A stretch of DNA of 64,000 bases from Dehalococcoidia bacterium (GTDB lineage: Bacteria > Chloroflexota > Dehalococcoidia > Bin125): assembly GCA_022822375.1 (NCBI GenBank), contig JAJEBU010000126.1, positions 68,659 through 132,658 on the forward strand, written 5' to 3'. Positions 63,216-64,000 of the stretch are shown here, in pieces. Each line of letters begins with the position of its first letter. Position 1 is the first letter of the stretch. The notes under the pieces are model-generated. The model was not told the origin of the DNA and did not search any database. It was given only the letters and a program-made list of their open reading frames with translations. Both the position numbers and the translations under genes were made by a program.

Positions 63216-63950
63216 ATGTCTGCCCGCCTGCCCTCGCTGCGGCGTGAAACATGTCCCGCATGCGGCGCGTATCCAGGCGTCGGCGTCTTCTGCAGCGAGT
63301 GCGGCGTGCTGATGTCGCATCCAGAGTCGGGCGATTTCGCGGCGCCGTATCTGCGGCGTCTGGCGGCCGAACTGCTCGACTTGTTGCTCTTCCTGCTTCT
63401 GCCGCTGTGGCTGTTCTGGATGTGGCAAACGTCGCGCGACGGACAGTCGCCGGCGAAGTCACTGCTCGACCTGTACGTGATCGACGAGGCGGGCCAGCCG
63501 ATCACGGCGCAGCGAATGTGGGTGCGAGAGTTGGTGATCAAGCGGCTGGTGCTGGGCTTGGTGGGCTACGGTCTCACGCTGCTCGGGCCGATCCTCAACG
63601 CCGGCTGGATTCTGATGAACCCCGATCGCCAGTGCATCCACGACCGCGCCGTGGGAACATTGGTCGTCGTTCGACGCGAAGCACCGGTGCTTGCGGAGGC
63701 CGTGCCGGAGCCGCAGGCAGCCGACTTCCAGATGCCGCCTCCCGCGCCGAGCGGTCCACGTCTGACGCCGCCGCCGATTCCTGTTCCTGGACCGCCACGA
63801 GCCGTCGGTCAGAACATCGAGCCCGCGGCGCCAGCAAGACCAACGTCGCCGGAGCTGGAAGCGCTCGAGTTGGAGCGAACCCGTCTTTCGCAGACCGAGT
63901 ATGAGCGCCGCCGACGGGCGCTGCTCCGTCAGCTCGAGGAGTCGAGCTGA
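63216..63950 (+). CDS. Zinc-ribbon + RDD-family membrane protein, tandem paralog 3, with Pro-rich C-terminal tail
   Basis: ATG 63216 preceded by GGAGG. CPACGA...CSECG zinc ribbon; RDD domain (RRLAAELLDLLLF...SRDGQSPAKSLLDLYV...); C-terminal PPPAPSGPRLTPPPIPVPGPP tail. Confidence 0.75.
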   Translation: MSARLPSLRRETCPACGAYPGVGVFCSECGVLMSHPESGDFAAPYLRRLAAELLDLLLFLLLPLWLFWMWQTSRDGQSPAKSLLDLYVIDEAGQPITAQRMWVRELVIKRLVLGLVGYGLTLLGPILNAGWILMNPDRQCIHDRAVGTLVVVRREAPVLAEAVPEPQAADFQMPPPAPSGPRLTPPPIPVPGPPRAVGQNIEPAAPARPTSPELEALELERTRLSQTEYERRRRALLRQLEESS

Positions 63951-64000
63951 CGGAGCAGGGGCGGGATCATCCGCAGCCCGTTGTCTCGCCGCAGCTGTGG

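Overview
High-GC (~68-70%) bacterial chromosomal segment, Actinobacteria-like or Chloroflexi-like (F420 biosynthesis genes cofC/cofD and an F420/PPOX-type protein are present). No transposase, integrase or CRISPR is visible. About 70 genes are called.

Most of the window is core housekeeping: pheT 3' end, a convergent rplT-rpmI-infC-(BCCP)-accC-thrS block on the minus strand, a tRNA-Val / tRNA-Lys / tRNA-Leu cluster, an orphan pair of Dpp/Opp-type ABC ATPases, lepA, an SRP RNA gene, rsmA-ispE, a DinG exonuclease-helicase fusion, cca, rnc, ftsY, dinB, malic enzyme, lipA-lipB divergent from pyruvate dehydrogenase aceE-E2-lpd, a DHPS-like gene and cofC-cofD.

Lineage-specific or accessory material lies at ~26-33 kb, ~38-41.6 kb, 52.5-59 kb and 61.9-64 kb.

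- **Selenoprotein (most notable).** The six-frame track shows two ORFs in the SAME frame (54229..54510 and 54532..54759). They are separated only by a TGA at 54508-54510, and the following residues read G-S-C-T-T-C. This is the signature of the UGSC-family (seleno)protein: a single 176-aa gene with an in-frame UGA-selenocysteine codon, followed by nested palindromic hairpins (candidate bacterial SECIS).
- **Its neighbourhood.** The selenoprotein is flanked by two paralogous large proteins of an unrecognised ~370-aa domain. The upstream copy is fused to a thioredoxin-fold CxxC domain. Both sit next to a YbbN-like thioredoxin-TPR protein and an FmdB zinc-ribbon protein. This is a candidate undescribed multi-component thiol/selenol redox system.
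- **Other loci worth follow-up.**
  - a serine-palmitoyltransferase-like alpha-oxoamine synthase + CerR-like NAD-dependent reductase + HAD phosphatase + START/SRPBCC operon (sphingolipid-like)
  - three tandem zinc-ribbon-RDD membrane paralogs
  - tandem cupin-like paralogs
  - a NUDIX / diiron-oxygenase coupled pair
  - a zinc-ribbon protein apparently split from its transmembrane tail by a frameshift
  - a probable AUU-initiated infC
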